NCBI GenBank assembly: GCA_029202525.1
Contig: CP119325.1
Location: 5,809,258 to 5,873,257, forward strand
DNA from: Candidatus Pseudomonas phytovorans
GTDB lineage: Bacteria; Pseudomonadota; Gammaproteobacteria; Pseudomonadales; Pseudomonadaceae
Length of the DNA: 64,000 nt
Reading direction: 5' to 3'
Part shown: one piece after another, positions 46,701 to 58,607 of the stretch
Numbering within the stretch: position 1 is the first letter of the stretch
Layout of the letters: each line of letters begins with the position of its first letter
Position numbers and translations under genes: made by a program
The notes under the pieces: generated by a model
Told to the model about the DNA's origin: nothing
Seen by the model: only the letters and a program-made list of their open reading frames with translations
Databases searched by the model: none

Positions 46701-49553
46701 TCAGTAACGCTCCACCAGCGCGCGAACCGCCGCTGCGCTGTCTTGTTGCAGGGCCTGTTGCGCCAGGGCGCGGGCCGTCTGATGATCGGCCTGGCGAACC
46801 AGGGCCTTGACTTCGGCGATGCTGCGCGCAGACACGCTAAGTTCGTCCACGTCCAGCCCCAGCAGCACAGGCACCGCCTGCGGGTCGGCGGCCAGCTCGC
46901 CGCACACGCCGACCCACTTGCCATGGGCATGGGCGGCGCGCACGGTCATGTCGATCAGGCTTAATACCGCCGGATGCAGGCCGTCGGCCTGGGCCGACAG
47001 GCTGGGGTGGCCACGGTCGATGGCCAGGGTGTATTGGGTCAGGTCGTTGGTACCGATACTGAAGAAGTCCACCTCCCGGGCCAGTTGCGCGGCAAGCAGG
47101 GCCGCCGAAGGCACCTCGACCATGATGCCCAGTTGCAGGTCGGCCACCGGAATTTCTACACGCAGGCGCTCGACCATGGCCCGCGCCTCGCGCCATTCGT
47201 GCACCTGGCCAACCATCGGGAACATGATACGCAGCGGGCGCTGGGCGGCGGCCCGCAGCAACGCGCGCAGCTGGTCTTCCATCACCTGCGGGCGCTGCAA
47301 GGTCAGGCGAACCCCCCGCACGCCCAGGAAGGGGTTTTCCTCTTTAGCGATTGGCCAGTACGGCAACGGTTTGTCGCCGCCGACATCGAGGGTACGCACC
47401 ACCAGTGGGCGCCCGCCGAGGCCATCGAGCACACGGCGGTATTCGGCTTCCTGAGTGGCCACATCCGGTGCCTGGGGGTGAGCCATGAAAATAAGCTCGG
47501 TGCGCAGCAGGCCCACGCCTTCGGCGCCCTGCTCCACCACCTTGGCGATGCCGGTGCTCTCGCCGATGTTGGCGAACACTTCGACGGCGTGGCCATCGCG
47601 GGTGACCGCGGGCTCAAAGCGCGTGGCCCAGGCTGCCTGCAGGCGTTGCTCGCGCTCGTCGCGCTCGGCCAGCGCCCGTTGCAGTTCATCTGCCGGCGGC
47701 GCAACGCTGACCAGACCGCGCTGGCCATCGAGCAGCAGCGGGGTGCCATTTTCCAGCAACAGTATCGACGCGCCCGCGCCGACCACCGCCGGGATGCCCA
47801 GGGCACGCGCGACAATGGCGCTGTGGGCCGTAGCGCCACCTTGGGCGGTAACAATGCCAGCGACCCGGGCAGGGTCCAGCCGGGCAACATCAGACGGGCC
47901 CACCTCAGTCATCACCAGCACATAAGGTTGCTCAGGCTCAACCTGCGCCTGCACCCCACACAACTGCGCCAGCACGCGCCGGCCAATGTCGCGCAGGTCG
48001 GCAGCGCGCTCGGCGAGCAAGGTATCGTGCAGCGACTCCTGCTGGCGGGCGGCCGCTTCGATCACCGCCATCCACGCGGCCGCAGCGCTTTCGCCCTGAG
48101 CCAGGCGCTGCTCGACATCGTCGGTCAGGGCAGGGTCTGCGAGCATTTCCTGGTGAGTGACGAAAATCTCGCCAATGGCCTTGTCACTGCGCTGGACCAA
48201 AGCCTGCAATTCGCCGTTCACGGCGGCCACGGCTTCGCGCAGTTTTTGCCGCTCCTGAGCGCACGACTCGCCCCGCAGGGGGTAGTCGAACTCACGCTCG
48301 ACACAGACGTGTGCCGGGCCACTGGCAATACCGGGGGCGGCGCCCACACCCTGGACACGGCTGCCGGCCTCGGGGGGTTGTTGCACTTCGACCAGTGCTG
48401 GGGCGAGGGGCGCAGCGCTCTGCGGCAACGGGTCCACTTCCTCACCCAGGCCTTGTTCGATAGCGGCCAGCAGCACCGGCAGGGCATCGGCGGCGATACC
48501 TGGCTCGGCCACCAGTTCCAGCACCTGGCCACGGCGGGCGCCGAGGCTGAGCAGCTTGCTCAGGCTTTTCACCGACACCGCCGGCTGCGCGCTGTCGACC
48601 ATGCGCACACGGATTTCTCCCTCAAAGCCTTTGGCCAGTTGTGCCAGTACCTTGGCCGGGCGGGCATGCAGACCATGCGGGTTGGCCAGCACGATGCGCG
48701 CGCTGGGCCAGTCTGCTGGCGCCTCGCCGCCCAGCACTTCCAGCACCGCACGGCTGCTGGTGGCCTGATAAAGCACCTGCCCGCGGCCTTCGATCAGCAC
48801 TTCGCACAGGCGCTCAAGCAGGGCCTGGTGAGCAGCGCCAAGGCTGGCCAGGCAGAACAGGCCATTGAGCGGTTGGTCGCGGTAACGCAGGGGCTGCTGT
48901 GGGGTAATAAATGCCAGGCCCGGTTGGCGCACCTGGCGCTCGCTGTGCAGCCACCACAGGCCCTCGCCCAGCGGCAGCGGCTCGGCCTGCTGCAGCACAG
49001 CGGCAAAACCGCTGTCGACGCAGTCGGCGCGCTGCAACAGGCGGGCACCGCGCCAGGCCAGTTCGTCGAAATCTTCAGCCGGCAGGTTCAGGCCGACCAG
49101 TTGTGCATCCAGCGCCAGCGCCTGCGGCGCGCCTTGCAGCAGCTTGAGCAGCGCTTCGGCGGAACTCGCCCGGCGCAGCGCTTCGGCCAGGTCGGTCTCG
49201 CCCAATGCGCGGGTCAGTAGTTGCAACAAGCGCAGGTGTTCGTCGGAACGGGCGGCAATGCCGATGGCCAGGTAGACCATTTGTCCATCGCCCCAGTCCA
49301 CACCCTCGGGAAACTGCAGCAGGCGCACGCCAGTGGCATACACCAGCTCACGGGTTTGCGGCGTGCCATGGGGGATGGCGATGCCCTGGCCAAGGAAGGT
49401 GGAGCCTTGCGCCTCACGGTCCTGCAGCCCCTGCAGGTACCCCTGCGCGACAAGGCCATCCGCAACCAGCCGGTCTGCCAGCAGGCGCAATGCCTCGGCC
49501 TTGTCGGCGGCCGTCTGGCCCATGGCTATCTGCTCCTTGGCGAGTTCGAGCAT
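46701..49553 (-). CDS. fruB: fructose PTS multiphosphoryl transfer protein (EIIA-HPr-EI fusion)
   Basis: ATG at 49553 (MLELAKEQIAMGQTA...) with an AGGAG RBS. It carries an HPr-type GLHARPA motif and the EI phospho-His motif GGATAHSAIVARALGIP. 950 aa. Confidence 0.92.
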   Translation of the reverse strand: MLELAKEQIAMGQTAADKAEALRLLADRLVADGLVAQGYLQGLQDREAQGSTFLGQGIAIPHGTPQTRELVYATGVRLLQFPEGVDWGDGQMVYLAIGIAARSDEHLRLLQLLTRALGETDLAEALRRASSAEALLKLLQGAPQALALDAQLVGLNLPAEDFDELAWRGARLLQRADCVDSGFAAVLQQAEPLPLGEGLWWLHSERQVRQPGLAFITPQQPLRYRDQPLNGLFCLASLGAAHQALLERLCEVLIEGRGQVLYQATSSRAVLEVLGGEAPADWPSARIVLANPHGLHARPAKVLAQLAKGFEGEIRVRMVDSAQPAVSVKSLSKLLSLGARRGQVLELVAEPGIAADALPVLLAAIEQGLGEEVDPLPQSAAPLAPALVEVQQPPEAGSRVQGVGAAPGIASGPAHVCVEREFDYPLRGESCAQERQKLREAVAAVNGELQALVQRSDKAIGEIFVTHQEMLADPALTDDVEQRLAQGESAAAAWMAVIEAAARQQESLHDTLLAERAADLRDIGRRVLAQLCGVQAQVEPEQPYVLVMTEVGPSDVARLDPARVAGIVTAQGGATAHSAIVARALGIPAVVGAGASILLLENGTPLLLDGQRGLVSVAPPADELQRALAERDEREQRLQAAWATRFEPAVTRDGHAVEVFANIGESTGIAKVVEQGAEGVGLLRTELIFMAHPQAPDVATQEAEYRRVLDGLGGRPLVVRTLDVGGDKPLPYWPIAKEENPFLGVRGVRLTLQRPQVMEDQLRALLRAAAQRPLRIMFPMVGQVHEWREARAMVERLRVEIPVADLQLGIMVEVPSAALLAAQLAREVDFFSIGTNDLTQYTLAIDRGHPSLSAQADGLHPAVLSLIDMTVRAAHAHGKWVGVCGELAADPQAVPVLLGLDVDELSVSARSIAEVKALVRQADHQTARALAQQALQQDSAAAVRALVERY

Positions 49554-49666
49554 GACCTGTCTCCTTTTGCAGTGCCCGGCCGGGTACTGGAGTATTGTTG
49601 TGAAATTCACATGAGGGCCAGTTCAACAGCCTTGCACAGATGGCAGCCGAGGCAGAATATTCGGCA

Positions 49667-49682
49667 GCTGAAACGTTTAATC
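49667..49682. promoter_or_regulatory. Cra (FruR) operator
   Basis: GCTGAAACGTTTAATC (reverse: GATTAAACGTTTCAGC) matches the Cra consensus GCTGAAACGTTTCA. It lies in the fruB-cra divergent intergenic region. Confidence 0.8.
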
Positions 49683-49837
49683 TGACCAGGCGGCCACGTT
49701 ACTCGATAATCTGCCCGGTAAAAAGCCCCATCCTGTCGGACAATTGCGACAATGGTCGTCTGCGCATGGCGCCAGTGCCGGGTCAAAATACCCGGTCCGG
49801 CCTCACAGCCAGCCCCGGAAATAACAAGGAAAATTCG

Positions 49838-50833
49838 GTGAAACTCAGCGATATCGCCCGCCTGGCCGGTGTGTCCGTGACCACGGCCAGCTACGTCATC
49901 AACGGCAAGGCTGAACAGCAGCGCATCAGTAACAGCACTGTAGAACGGGTGCGCGCGGTGGTCGAAGCCCACGGCTTCACTCCCAACCCCCAGGCCGCTG
50001 GCCTGCGCAGCCGACACACCCGCACGCTGGGCTTCATTCTCCCGGATCTGGAGAACCCCAGCTACGCCCGTATCGCCAAGCAGCTGGAGCAAGGCGCCCG
50101 CGCCCGTGGCTACCAGTTGCTGATCGCCAGCAGCGACGACCAGCCCGACAGCGAGCGCCAGTTGCAGCAGCTGTTCCGCGCGCGCCGTTGTGATGCCCTG
50201 TTCGTCGCCAGCTGCCTGCCACCAGAAGACGACAGCTACCGCGACTTGCAGGACAAAGGCCTGCCGGTGATCGCCATCGACCGCCGCCTGGACCCTGCGC
50301 ACTTCTGCTCGGTGATCAGTGATGACCGCGATGCCAGCCGCCAACTGGCCGCCAGCCTGCTCAGCGCAGCCCCACGCAGCATTGCGCTGATTGGCGCACG
50401 CCCCGAGCTCTCGGTCAGCCAGGCACGTGCCGGCGGGTTCGACGAAGCCCTGCAAGGCTATGCCGGTGAAGTCCGCCGCTACCAGGGCGAAGCGTTCAGC
50501 CGTGAGTGCGGCCAGCGCCTGATGCAACAGCTTATCAATGACCAAGGCGGCCTGCCGGATGCCCTGGTGACTACCTCGTACGTGCTGCTGCAAGGGGTGT
50601 TCGACACACTGCAGGCGCGCCCTGCCGACTCGCGCCAGCTGCAGCTGGGCACCTTTGGCGACAACCAGTTGCTCGACTTCTTGCCGCTGCCGGTCAATGC
50701 CATGGCCCAGCAGCATGGGCTGATTGCCGCCACCGCACTGGAACTGGCGCTGGCCGCGATCGAAGAAAAACGCTACGAACCTGGCGTGCATGCCGTCGGG
50801 CGCACCTTCAAGCAGCGCATCACGGCGGCCTGA
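49838..50833 (+). CDS. cra: catabolite repressor/activator Cra (FruR), LacI family
   Basis: GTG at 49838 (VKLSDIARLAGVSVTTASYVINGK...) is preceded by AAGGA. The upstream part of the track ORF has no homology-like sequence. 331 aa. Confidence 0.9.
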   Translation: MKLSDIARLAGVSVTTASYVINGKAEQQRISNSTVERVRAVVEAHGFTPNPQAAGLRSRHTRTLGFILPDLENPSYARIAKQLEQGARARGYQLLIASSDDQPDSERQLQQLFRARRCDALFVASCLPPEDDSYRDLQDKGLPVIAIDRRLDPAHFCSVISDDRDASRQLAASLLSAAPRSIALIGARPELSVSQARAGGFDEALQGYAGEVRRYQGEAFSRECGQRLMQQLINDQGGLPDALVTTSYVLLQGVFDTLQARPADSRQLQLGTFGDNQLLDFLPLPVNAMAQQHGLIAATALELALAAIEEKRYEPGVHAVGRTFKQRITAA

Positions 50834-50835
50834 AC

Positions 50836-51612
50836 ATGCGCCTGATCGACACCCACACCCACCTGGACTTCCCCGACTTCGACGCCGACCGCCCGCACCT
50901 GCTGGCCAACGCGGCGGCACGCGGGGTGGAACAGATGGTGGTGCTGGGGGTGTACCAGGCGAATTTCCAGCGGGTGTGGGACCTGGCCTGCGCCGATCAG
51001 CGCCTGTGCGCAGCGCTCGGCCTGCACCCGGTCTACCTCGACCAGCATCGCCCGGAGCACCTGGTGCAACTGCGCGAATGGCTGCAGCGCCTGCACGGCG
51101 ACCCACGGCTCTGCGCCGTGGGTGAGTTTGGCCTGGACTACTACCTCGAAGACCTGGACAAAGCACGCCAACAGGACCTGTTTGAAGCGCAGCTGCAAAT
51201 GGCCTGCGACTTCGACCTTCCCGCGCTGTTGCACGTGCGCCGCAGCCATGCCCAGGTAATTGCCACGCTCAAACGCTACAAACCGGCGAGGGCGGGCGTG
51301 ATCCATGCGTTTGCCGGCAGTTATGAGGAAGCGCGTGAGTACATCAAGCTGGGGTTTCGGCTTGGGCTGGGCGGCGCCGGCACCTGGCCGCAGGCGCTGC
51401 GGCTGCGCAAGACTCTGGCGCGGCTGCCGCTGGAGAGTGTGGTGCTGGAGACCGATGCGCCGGACATGGCGCCGGTGATGTACCCGGGGATGAGGAACAG
51501 CCCGGAGCATCTGCCGGAGATCGCCGGGGCGCTGGCGCAGGTGATGGGGGTGGAGGTTGGGGTGCTGGCGGAGGCCAGTAGCCGCAATGCTTGCGAGTTG
51601 TTTGGCTGGTAG
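50836..51612 (+). CDS. TatD-family metal-dependent hydrolase
   Basis: 258 aa with N-terminal IDTHTHLDFPDF and conserved His/Asp/Glu ligands. It starts 2 nt after the cra stop. Confidence 0.88.
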   Translation: MRLIDTHTHLDFPDFDADRPHLLANAAARGVEQMVVLGVYQANFQRVWDLACADQRLCAALGLHPVYLDQHRPEHLVQLREWLQRLHGDPRLCAVGEFGLDYYLEDLDKARQQDLFEAQLQMACDFDLPALLHVRRSHAQVIATLKRYKPARAGVIHAFAGSYEEAREYIKLGFRLGLGGAGTWPQALRLRKTLARLPLESVVLETDAPDMAPVMYPGMRNSPEHLPEIAGALAQVMGVEVGVLAEASSRNACELFGW

Positions 51613-51635
51613 TTAAGACTGCAGTTGCCTGCAAG

Positions 51636-51729
51636 GGCCTCTTCGCGGGCTCGCCCGCTCCCACAGGGACCGCGCAAAAGCTGAGGCCGGTACAGTACCT
51701 GTGGGAGCGGGCAAGCCCGCGAAGAGGCC
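51636..51729. repeat. REP doublet (tail-to-tail type) between convergent genes
   Basis: ggcctcttcgcgggctcgcccgctcccacagg ... cctgtgggagcgggcaagcccgcgaagaggcc. Confidence 0.9.
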
Positions 51730-51740
51730 AATGAATGGCT

Positions 51741-52571
51741 TCAGACCAGCACGGTCCAAAGCGCAAACCCGGCATACCAAAGCACCGCACAGCGCAGCAG
51801 CAGCTCCCACAGGCTGTCCAGCCGCCCGAGCCCGCGCTGGCTGTCTTCTTCCTCGGGAATGTCGTCGGCAATGCGCCCTACCCTGGCCACCAGGTGCGCA
51901 GCGCTGATGTGCCAGTTGAGCACCTCGTGCAGCATCATCCGGGTCACTGCAAGGAAGTTGCCCACCAGGGCAAAGCTCAACGCAATCAAGCGAACCGGCA
52001 GCCAGTCCATGATGTGCCGCAGCTGTTCGGCCCGCGCCTTAAGCGCCGCCTGCTGGCTGTGCTCGCCGCACAGTGCCAGCAGGCGATAGGCCAGCGCCGC
52101 ACCCGGGCCCAGCACGAAGTACCAGAAGATCACCGCGAAAAAGCCCTGATACACCTGCCACAGCAAATTGCCCTGTACCCGCACCAACAGGCTGTGCGGC
52201 TCATCGGCAACCAGCCCCAGGTCTCGCTCGGCCACATGCAGCGCGGCCTGGTCATCACCACGCCGCCAGGCATCCCGGAACGGGCCCAGCGACGCCTTGG
52301 CATCGCCACGGCCCAGGCTGTAAACCAGCACCAGCAAGTGCACCGGCAATGCCAACAGCCCATACGCCACCGGCTCCAGCACATGCAGCAGCAACACCAA
52401 CAGCGCTACCGGTGCCAATACCAGAATAGCCAGGGTCCACCAGGGGTGTACCTTGCCGCTGCGTTCCAGGCGGACCAGTTCGCCCAGGAAGAACCCGTCA
52501 CGCTGCACTTGGTGGCGCAGGGCCGAAAACTTCTCGACCCACAGCGCCAGCAACAACACCAGAAAACTCAT
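51741..52571 (-). CDS. ampE: beta-lactamase regulator membrane protein AmpE
   Basis: 276 aa multi-TM protein with an ATGA overlap on the ampD stop. Sequence parallels AmpE (…LLWQVYQGFFAVIFWYFVLGP…DWLPVRL…). Confidence 0.85.
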   Translation of the reverse strand: MSFLVLLLALWVEKFSALRHQVQRDGFFLGELVRLERSGKVHPWWTLAILVLAPVALLVLLLHVLEPVAYGLLALPVHLLVLVYSLGRGDAKASLGPFRDAWRRGDDQAALHVAERDLGLVADEPHSLLVRVQGNLLWQVYQGFFAVIFWYFVLGPGAALAYRLLALCGEHSQQAALKARAEQLRHIMDWLPVRLIALSFALVGNFLAVTRMMLHEVLNWHISAAHLVARVGRIADDIPEEEDSQRGLGRLDSLWELLLRCAVLWYAGFALWTVLV

Positions 52572-53140
52572 GCCTTGTCCTCGTTGTGCAACAACGCTTC
52601 ACGGTAGCGCGGCCAATCGAACGACGGGCCGGGGTCGGTCTTGCGTTGCGGGGCAATGTCGCTGTGGCCCCGGATGCGGCCCAGGTCGATAGCCGGCCAG
52701 GCGCTACGAATGTGCCGGGTAAGCTGCTCCAGCGCGCCGTACTGAGCATCGGTGTAGGGCAAGTCGTCGGTGCCTTCCAGCTCGATACCGATGGAAAAAT
52801 CGTTGCAGCCTTCACGCCCGTCGAAGCTCGACACACCCGCGTGCCAGGCGCGTTCGAGCAGCGAAACGAACTGGGTCACCGCCCCGTCACGCTCGACGAA
52901 CAGATGCGCCGACACCGTCAGGTGGCTGATGCTGGCGAAATAAGGGTGTTCGTTGGGGTCCAGGCGGTTCTGGAAGAACTGCTGCACCTTGCCGGTACCA
53001 AAGCAGGCCGGCGGCAGGCTGATGTTGTGGATCACCAGCAGGGAAACCGATTCGCCTTCAGGGCGGGCATTGAAGTTCGGCGAGGGGCAGCGGGTGATTC
53101 CGATTCCGTGGAACCAGCCAGTGGCACGGTCCAATTGCAT
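52568..53140 (-). CDS. ampD: 1,6-anhydro-N-acetylmuramyl-L-alanine amidase AmpD
   Basis: ATG at 53140 (MQLDRATGWFHGI...SPNFNARP...). Amidase_2 motifs VIHNISLPP, SAHLFVERDG, AWHAGVS, IGIELEG. 190 aa. Confidence 0.92.
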   Translation of the reverse strand: MQLDRATGWFHGIGITRCPSPNFNARPEGESVSLLVIHNISLPPACFGTGKVQQFFQNRLDPNEHPYFASISHLTVSAHLFVERDGAVTQFVSLLERAWHAGVSSFDGREGCNDFSIGIELEGTDDLPYTDAQYGALEQLTRHIRSAWPAIDLGRIRGHSDIAPQRKTDPGPSFDWPRYREALLHNEDKA

Positions 53141-53228
53141 GGGGCAAATCCTGAAAGCGCCTTGAACAGAACCACAGTATGCCCTGCCGCCAGCGCCGTT
53201 TGCATGTGAATGATTGTAATGTTGCGGC

Positions 53229-55385
53229 CTACTGCACCTGTGGCTGGCGTAGCCCGTCGAGCACCGCCTCCAGCGCCCGCTCGAATAACAACCCGTCATC
53301 CAGCACCCGCACGTCCCCGCGGTGCAGGGCCTGGGCCAGGCCGCCACCGCTCCACTCTCGCACCTTCAGGCCGGTGCGGTTGGCAAACACCAGCCTGTCG
53401 CTGCTGTCGATGTGCGCCACCAGTTTGCAACGCAACGGCTCGTCGTCATCCGTGACTTCAATCCAGGTCCCAATGCGTAAGCGCTGCACCTGCCGCAACG
53501 CCGCTGCCTGGGCATCGGCAACATGCAGGGGCGTGCAGGACGGTTCTTCGGCAATCGCCAGCACGATGTCTTCGTCCACCCGCACTTCGGCCAAGGGTTG
53601 ATCATGGCCAACCGATAGCTCAGCGCCTGCGCAGGCACGCAGGTGCAGTTGCTCCAGTTGCAGGAAGAACTCACGGGTTGCCGCCGAGTTCAGGGCCACA
53701 CTGGCCAAGCCTTCGCGCAGCGCCTTGAGCAGGCCCGGTACCTGCTGCAGAAGGGTTTGCGGCTCATGCCCGGGGGTAATGGTGGCCAATAGCGTGTCGA
53801 GCGTGCGCAGGGCATCCCGCCACGCCCGGGAGGCCTCACCTTGCTTGAGCCAGGCCAGCAACAGCACCTGGCTCCAGGCCTGTACCAGCATTTGCACCAC
53901 CACCACTGGCAATACCCGGCCACGCAGGCGCTGGTTGAGCACCCGCTGCACCTGGTGCCGGGCCTGCAGGGCACGGGCGCGGCCTTCCTCGGCGTCGCGC
54001 GTGCGTTGCTCAAGCAATTCGTTGCGCCGCCGCTCCTCTTGGCTGAACGCAAGGAACTCGTCGAGCAGTTCAGCAAACAGGCCAACATCGTCGGAAAAAT
54101 CATTGATCAAGCGCTGGACCATGCGCTCTACCCGCATGTGCAGGCTGTCGCGCAGGCCTTCACCGCCGCACTCCCAGCCAATGGCTGCACCCGCGATTTC
54201 GTTGAGTAGCCGACGTGCCGGGTGACTTGCCCGGCTGAACAGCCCCTTGTCCAGCAGGGCCACCTTGAGCAGCGGGATATGCAGCCGCGCGATCAGCGCA
54301 CGCAGGCTGGCCGGCAGGTTGTCATCGCCTTGAATACAGGCGAACAGCAGTCCGACGAGGTTGATCACATCCTCATCGGCCACGGCGATACGCCGGCGTG
54401 TGCCACTGCGCACGCTCACCCGCAGCAGCAGTTGTTCGAGCTGCTGGCCGAGCTCGAAATCATCAGCCTCACCGGTAGCGGGTACGTAGTGCTGCAAATG
54501 CGAAAGCAGCCGAACAAGGTCTGCGGTGCTGATCGACTGTGCGGCAGCCACCGCCTGCAATCGCGGTGCGAACTGCCCACGTGCCGGCGCCAGCAAGGTT
54601 TGCAGCGAGGCAAGGAACGCCTGCCCTGCCGCGTCCGCACCCACTTCCTGACCTTGGCTCGCCTGCCCTCGCCCTCCCCTCATGCGCCGGTCCTCGCCGC
54701 GACGGCGCGGGGCCGGTTGCAACTCGGGCAGCACACCGGCTACGGCCAGCAACTGGTTGGCCTCCGCATAAATGACATCGGCATCGCGCAAGACATAGCG
54801 CTCGAACAGCTTGAGCAGGACCAGCTTGACCCTGAGGCCCACGCCCAGGTTGCGGCCCGCCTCCAGGAAGTAACCGCACAACGCGGCAGGGCCCAGCGGG
54901 TTGCGCTGCTCATGCACGGGGCGGTCGAGCAAGGCCTGTAAACGCAGGCCCAGTTGCTGCAGGGCAATGCCATCGCGTGAGAGCACCCGCGCAACCATGC
55001 CTTCAATGGCCGCAGCCCGCTCCAGTTGCACCTTGCTGCGCAGGGTGCCAGGTTCTGCCAGATGCGCCAGCAGGTCGACCTGGCCGATGCGCGCATAGGC
55101 GCCGTAGAAGGTATCAAGGAAGCCGCGTTCGATACTTTTGCGCTTCAGGCGCAGATCGCGCATGGCCTCGAAATACAGGTTGCGGTCGCAACGGTCAGCG
55201 GCCTTGTCGGCCATCTCGAACAAGGTGTCGTCGGCATTGTCGAACAGCGCCTGCAAGCCCTGGCGCAATTGCAGCGCAGCCTTGTCGCGCACTTGCAGGA
55301 GCAATACCGGAAGGCAAGGCAGAGGGGTCCCCCCTCTTCGATCGATGGCTGCCGCCAGGGGCACCACCTTGCCTTCTTTTTGCAT
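53229..55385 (-). CDS. DUF1631-family protein
   Basis: ATG at 55385 (MQKEGKVVPL...) has an AAGGAG RBS 6 nt upstream. 718 aa. It sits between ampD and nadC, as I remember for Pseudomonas PA4523-type proteins. Confidence 0.7.
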   Translation of the reverse strand: MQKEGKVVPLAAAIDRRGGTPLPCLPVLLLQVRDKAALQLRQGLQALFDNADDTLFEMADKAADRCDRNLYFEAMRDLRLKRKSIERGFLDTFYGAYARIGQVDLLAHLAEPGTLRSKVQLERAAAIEGMVARVLSRDGIALQQLGLRLQALLDRPVHEQRNPLGPAALCGYFLEAGRNLGVGLRVKLVLLKLFERYVLRDADVIYAEANQLLAVAGVLPELQPAPRRRGEDRRMRGGRGQASQGQEVGADAAGQAFLASLQTLLAPARGQFAPRLQAVAAAQSISTADLVRLLSHLQHYVPATGEADDFELGQQLEQLLLRVSVRSGTRRRIAVADEDVINLVGLLFACIQGDDNLPASLRALIARLHIPLLKVALLDKGLFSRASHPARRLLNEIAGAAIGWECGGEGLRDSLHMRVERMVQRLINDFSDDVGLFAELLDEFLAFSQEERRRNELLEQRTRDAEEGRARALQARHQVQRVLNQRLRGRVLPVVVVQMLVQAWSQVLLLAWLKQGEASRAWRDALRTLDTLLATITPGHEPQTLLQQVPGLLKALREGLASVALNSAATREFFLQLEQLHLRACAGAELSVGHDQPLAEVRVDEDIVLAIAEEPSCTPLHVADAQAAALRQVQRLRIGTWIEVTDDDEPLRCKLVAHIDSSDRLVFANRTGLKVREWSGGGLAQALHRGDVRVLDDGLLFERALEAVLDGLRQPQVQ

Positions 55386-55571
55386 CCTGGACTCCTTGCA
55401 GGGTGTCATGCCCGAAGGGGCTTAAAATCGTCAAAGCTATGACGCCAAATACTGGTCGCCATTATCGGTAAAAAATCGCACAGCTGCCAGCGCCGATTCA
55501 TGGACGGGGTAATGACCCTCTTTTGCAGCCCTTGCTCACGAATACCGACCAAAGGTCATCGCCGGGGCGGC

Positions 55572-55599
55572 TGTACACACCGGCCCCCTGCCCTATAAT
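55572..55599 (+). promoter_or_regulatory. sigma-70-like promoter of nadC
   Basis: TGTACA (55572-55577), a 16-nt spacer and a perfect TATAAT (55594-55599), 28 nt upstream of the nadC ATG. Confidence 0.4.
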
Positions 55600-55612
55600 C
55601 GCCGGCATCTAG

Positions 55613-56476
<864 letters not shown>

Positions 56477-56492
56477 GCTGACCGCAGGCAAT

Positions 56493-56522
56493 AAAAAACC
56501 GGCCTTTCAGCCGGTTTTTTTT
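56493..56522. terminator. bidirectional rho-independent terminator (nadC / trxB convergent)
   Basis: AAAAAACCGGC-ctttca-GCCGGTTTTTTTT, an A-run and a T-run flanking the GC stem. Confidence 0.85.
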
Positions 56523-56532
56523 GATGCGCTGA

Positions 56533-57651
<1,119 letters not shown>

Positions 57652-57826
57652 TTAAGGAAATATCCTTAGACAATCCACCTCATAGGCACCGTCTATTCAT
57701 TGATTTCATCGATAGGCCAGGCCCCGGCGCTTTTGTTACAGCCCGTTTCCCGCCGATCAGCCGCCTTTCGTCGGCGCGGCAAACTCGGTAAGGTCAGCGC
57801 GTTTTCCTTCTCTGCGGAGTCTCCCG

Positions 57827-58555
57827 ATGCAAGCCCCTGTCCTCTCCGGCCCCCAATACCTGCGCGAAGGCCTGAAACTGGTGTTGAGCCCCAACTTGCG
57901 CTTGTTCGTGCTACTGCCGCTGGCGGTCAACCTGCTGCTGTTCGGCGGCATGGTCTACTTCGCCGGCCACCAGTTCGGCCTGTGGCTCGACGCCCTGATG
58001 CCGACGCTGCCTGACTGGCTGAGCTTCCTCAGCTACATCCTCTGGCCGCTGTTCGTTGCCTTGCTGGTGCTGATGGTGTTCTTCACCTTCACCCTGGTGG
58101 CCAACATCATCGCCGCGCCGTTCAATGGCTTCCTGGCGGAAAAGGTCGAGGTGGTGGTACGAGGCGAAGATACTTTCCCGGCGTTCAGCTGGGGTGAGCT
58201 GGCAGCCATGGTGCCACGCACCTTCAGCCGCGAGATGCGCAAGCTGGGCTACTTCCTGCCACGGGCCATCGGCCTGTTCATCCTGTCGTTCATCCCGGTG
58301 GTCAACGTAGTCGCCGCGCCACTGTGGCTGATGTTCGGGGTATGGATGATGGCCATCCAGTACATCGACTACCCGGCCGACAACAACAAGATGAGCTGGC
58401 AGGACATGCTCGCCTGGCTGCGCCAGAAGCGCTGGCAGTCGCTGGGCTTTGGCGGGATTACTTACCTGGCGTTGATGATTCCAGGGGTGAACGTGCTGAT
58501 GATGCCGGCTGCCGTGGCCGGGGCCACGTTGTTCTGGGTGCGGGAGCGTAGCTGA
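57827..58555 (+). CDS. cysZ: sulfate transporter CysZ
   Basis: 242 aa with a GGAG RBS. Multi-TM, with the CysZ-type N-terminus ...[32 protein letters not shown]. Confidence 0.88.
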   Translation: MQAPVLSGPQYLREGLKLVLSPNLRLFVLLPLAVNLLLFGGMVYFAGHQFGLWLDALMPTLPDWLSFLSYILWPLFVALLVLMVFFTFTLVANIIAAPFNGFLAEKVEVVVRGEDTFPAFSWGELAAMVPRTFSREMRKLGYFLPRAIGLFILSFIPVVNVVAAPLWLMFGVWMMAIQYIDYPADNNKMSWQDMLAWLRQKRWQSLGFGGITYLALMIPGVNVLMMPAAVAGATLFWVRERS

Positions 58556-58583
58556 CGCTCCCACAATAAAGCAGACCAGACTT

Positions 58584-58607
58584 GGCTGGGGCTTCACTGC
58601 CCCAGCC
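58584..58607. terminator. stem-loop between convergent cysZ and MCP genes
   Basis: ggctgggg-cttcactg-ccccagcc. It overlaps the last codons and stop (58594) of the MCP gene. No clear U-tract. Confidence 0.35.

Noticed and set aside
49733-49742. The shared 10-mer TGTCGGACAA upstream of cra and upstream of the cyclase gene (41431-41440), as a common regulator site.
   Set aside because: By a rough estimate, thousands of matching 10-mer pairs are expected by chance in a window this size. There is no supporting geometry at the cra copy.
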